From Candidatus Thorarchaeota archaeon (GTDB lineage: Archaea; Asgardarchaeota; Thorarchaeia; Thorarchaeales; Thorarchaeaceae): a DNA stretch of 64,000 bases. Positions 62,534 to 64,000 of the stretch are shown here, in pieces. The notes beneath the pieces were generated by a model. The model made no database searches and had not been told where the DNA came from. It saw only the letters and a program-made list of their open reading frames with translations. A program made the translations under genes and the position numbers. The first letter of the stretch is position 1. The number at the start of each line of letters is the position of its first letter. The stretch is from positions 768,001 through 832,000 of the forward strand of contig CAVSBO010000003.1 of assembly GCA_963726195.1 (NCBI GenBank), written 5' to 3'.

Positions 62534-62590
62534 GCAACTCCTTACAACAATGCCTATAACAAAAGCGGCAGAATCATATCAAACTGAATA

Positions 62591-63610
62591 GTGCTGCTTG
62601 ATTGCCTGAACAGAATTATAAAGCGGGGGCATACCGGATTGACACGAACCGAGTTGGAAGGCGGTCGTCAAGGCTCCATAAGACTGGTCAGAGGGTGCCC
62701 GTGTTACAAGGTATTTGGCGACGAGAAGCTCTGTGTGAATGCAGATAGTGTGCTTGAGGTAGACGTCATCGACATAGATCCCCACGTATTCGCATTCCGC
62801 AAAGACAAGAAAGGCATTAATCAGGAACGAGCAGCAGATGGCAATGTGTGCTACGCGGCCATCTACGTCAATTATCCTGAAAACAAGGTTTACTGCATAT
62901 CACAGGGTTGGGTCCTAAGGATACATGGAAAGGACGTCCCGGGCAACGACCTAGAAGATGCACTACAGTTCCTGTCAACCAAGGACCTGTCAGCGAGCGC
63001 AGAGATCTGCTCTGAGTGTCTCTACAAGTTCATGCTGACTCTGTCAGATACTTTCGCTGACATGATGACGAGAAAGGAGAAGACGGATGAAATCAAGAGG
63101 TATGTCGACAAGTTCTCTCTCAAGATTGCCGTCAAGCTCAGTCAGATGGATGAGCTGATGAAACCGATTGGGACAGAGAGCGACATTGAACAAGGCGTCG
63201 ACTACTTTGCGTTTCTCCGGGGATATCTTGTACAGCTCCTAGAACAGCAGGGTTACTGGTCAGAGCTAGGAAGGGAAGTGCAAGAGAACGGTACTGAACC
63301 TTGGGTTTCCAGTCTAGTCTCCATGCGAGAGCGACTCGCTCGACTCGAATTCCAGTTCTATTCTCAGACACTCCAACTCAGAGACATTAGTGATTCTCAC
63401 ATGCTGCTTAGGATGCTTCATTTCATTCTCGCTACATCCGACGAGATTCTTTCTCTGAACGAGGAGATACACACTGAGATTCGCTCTCAGCGCTTCAGAC
63501 AACTTGTTCAGAAAGACCAGCGCCTGGCTCACCTGAAGGGCTATGCCGAGAAGAGTCGAACTGTTGAACATAATTTCGGCAACATACTGCAAATCCTAAG
63601 CAGGCTTTGA
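62591..63610 (+). CDS. Hypothetical protein, Cys-rich N-domain + helical C-domain (paralogue 2); start uncertain
   Basis: LVRGCPCYKVFGDEKLCVN...CSECLYKF versus LVKGCPCYKEFGTEKVCVN...CSSCLYKY. Confidence 0.8.
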   Translation: MLLDCLNRIIKRGHTGLTRTELEGGRQGSIRLVRGCPCYKVFGDEKLCVNADSVLEVDVIDIDPHVFAFRKDKKGINQERAADGNVCYAAIYVNYPENKVYCISQGWVLRIHGKDVPGNDLEDALQFLSTKDLSASAEICSECLYKFMLTLSDTFADMMTRKEKTDEIKRYVDKFSLKIAVKLSQMDELMKPIGTESDIEQGVDYFAFLRGYLVQLLEQQGYWSELGREVQENGTEPWVSSLVSMRERLARLEFQFYSQTLQLRDISDSHMLLRMLHFILATSDEILSLNEEIHTEIRSQRFRQLVQKDQRLAHLKGYAEKSRTVEHNFGNILQILSRL

Positions 63611-63633
63611 GTACAGTAAGGCCATGCCAATGT

Positions 63634-64000
63634 CTACGTGACTGGGCCATATCTCTGTGTCAACCACTTTAGATAGAGCCGAATGCCATCCTCAATCTTG
63701 ACTTTGGGTGCCCAACCCATGGACTTGAGCAGAGAGATATCAATGTCAGTTAGTAAAACGTCTCCGGGCCAGCCTCGCTCGCTGCCCGTGTACTCTATCT
63801 TTGTGGACCGAATGCCTACCTGCTCTCGCACAATCTCTGCTATCCTTGAAACCTTGAGGCGCTCACCTGAGCTAACATTGACCGCGAGGAACCCTTTCTC
63901 CGTTTTGCTTGAGAGAACCATGGCCGCCTCGACCGCGTCGGATACATACAGGTAAGCTTTCTCCTGAGAACCGTCTCCCAATACCTCAAGGCGATTAGGG
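63634..64000 (-). CDS. NAD-dependent epimerase/dehydratase (UDP-glucose 4-epimerase-like), 3' part
   Basis: LGDGSQEKAYLYVSDAV, RGWPGDV, MGWAPK. Confidence 0.88.
   Translation of the reverse strand, partial: PNRLEVLGDGSQEKAYLYVSDAVEAAMVLSSKTEKGFLAVNVSSGERLKVSRIAEIVREQVGIRSTKIEYTGSERGWPGDVLLTDIDISLLKSMGWAPKVKIEDGIRLYLKWLTQRYGPVT

Overview
Gene-dense archaeal chromosome segment, most consistent with an Asgard archaeon (Thorarchaeia-like). This is inferred from a longin-wHTH protein, PAC2, a PDCD5-like protein, an E2F/DP-like protein, an ADP-forming acetate-CoA ligase, GGAGG/GAGGTGA RBSs and TATA-like promoters. About 15 genes are split by single-base indels, most likely sequencing or assembly errors, so several genes below are re-joined across frames. 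Contents in order: (1) peptide ABC transporter genes; (2) a ~1,150-aa GCS2-family carboxylate-amine ligase fused to about six Ig-like domains; (3) DUF92, ECF-S, stomatin/NfeD and CAAX protease genes; (4) a 13-21 kb locus with a HEAT + UBM-like protein, a CDC48-N+VWA protein, an amidohydrolase, a divergently transcribed fusion that is a catalytically degenerate copy of BOTH of those last two genes, and a VWA-wHTH-Ig protein whose Ig domain resembles one in the ligase; (5) an E2F/DP-like winged-helix protein; (6) housekeeping and eukaryote-like genes; (7) a tnpB-only IS607-like element inserted just upstream of an aldehyde dehydrogenase; (8) an FGGY kinase-glpABC-alkyl-DHAP-synthase-like-FeS-radical SAM-GNAT cluster next to beta-oxidation genes; (9) a beta-propeller/FN3 surface-protein gene flanked by ~210-bp direct repeats; (10) acd and a pta-N-like gene, an unannotated CdrS-like RHH gene, a tandem pair of Cys-rich unknown paralogues and a partial epimerase. 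No CRISPR array, rRNA or tRNA was recognised. Best candidates for new biology are the amidohydrolase / CDC48N-VWA / pseudo-enzyme-fusion module (possibly linked to the GCS2-Ig ligase) and the E2F/DP-like factor. All homology calls are by eye; no searches were run.
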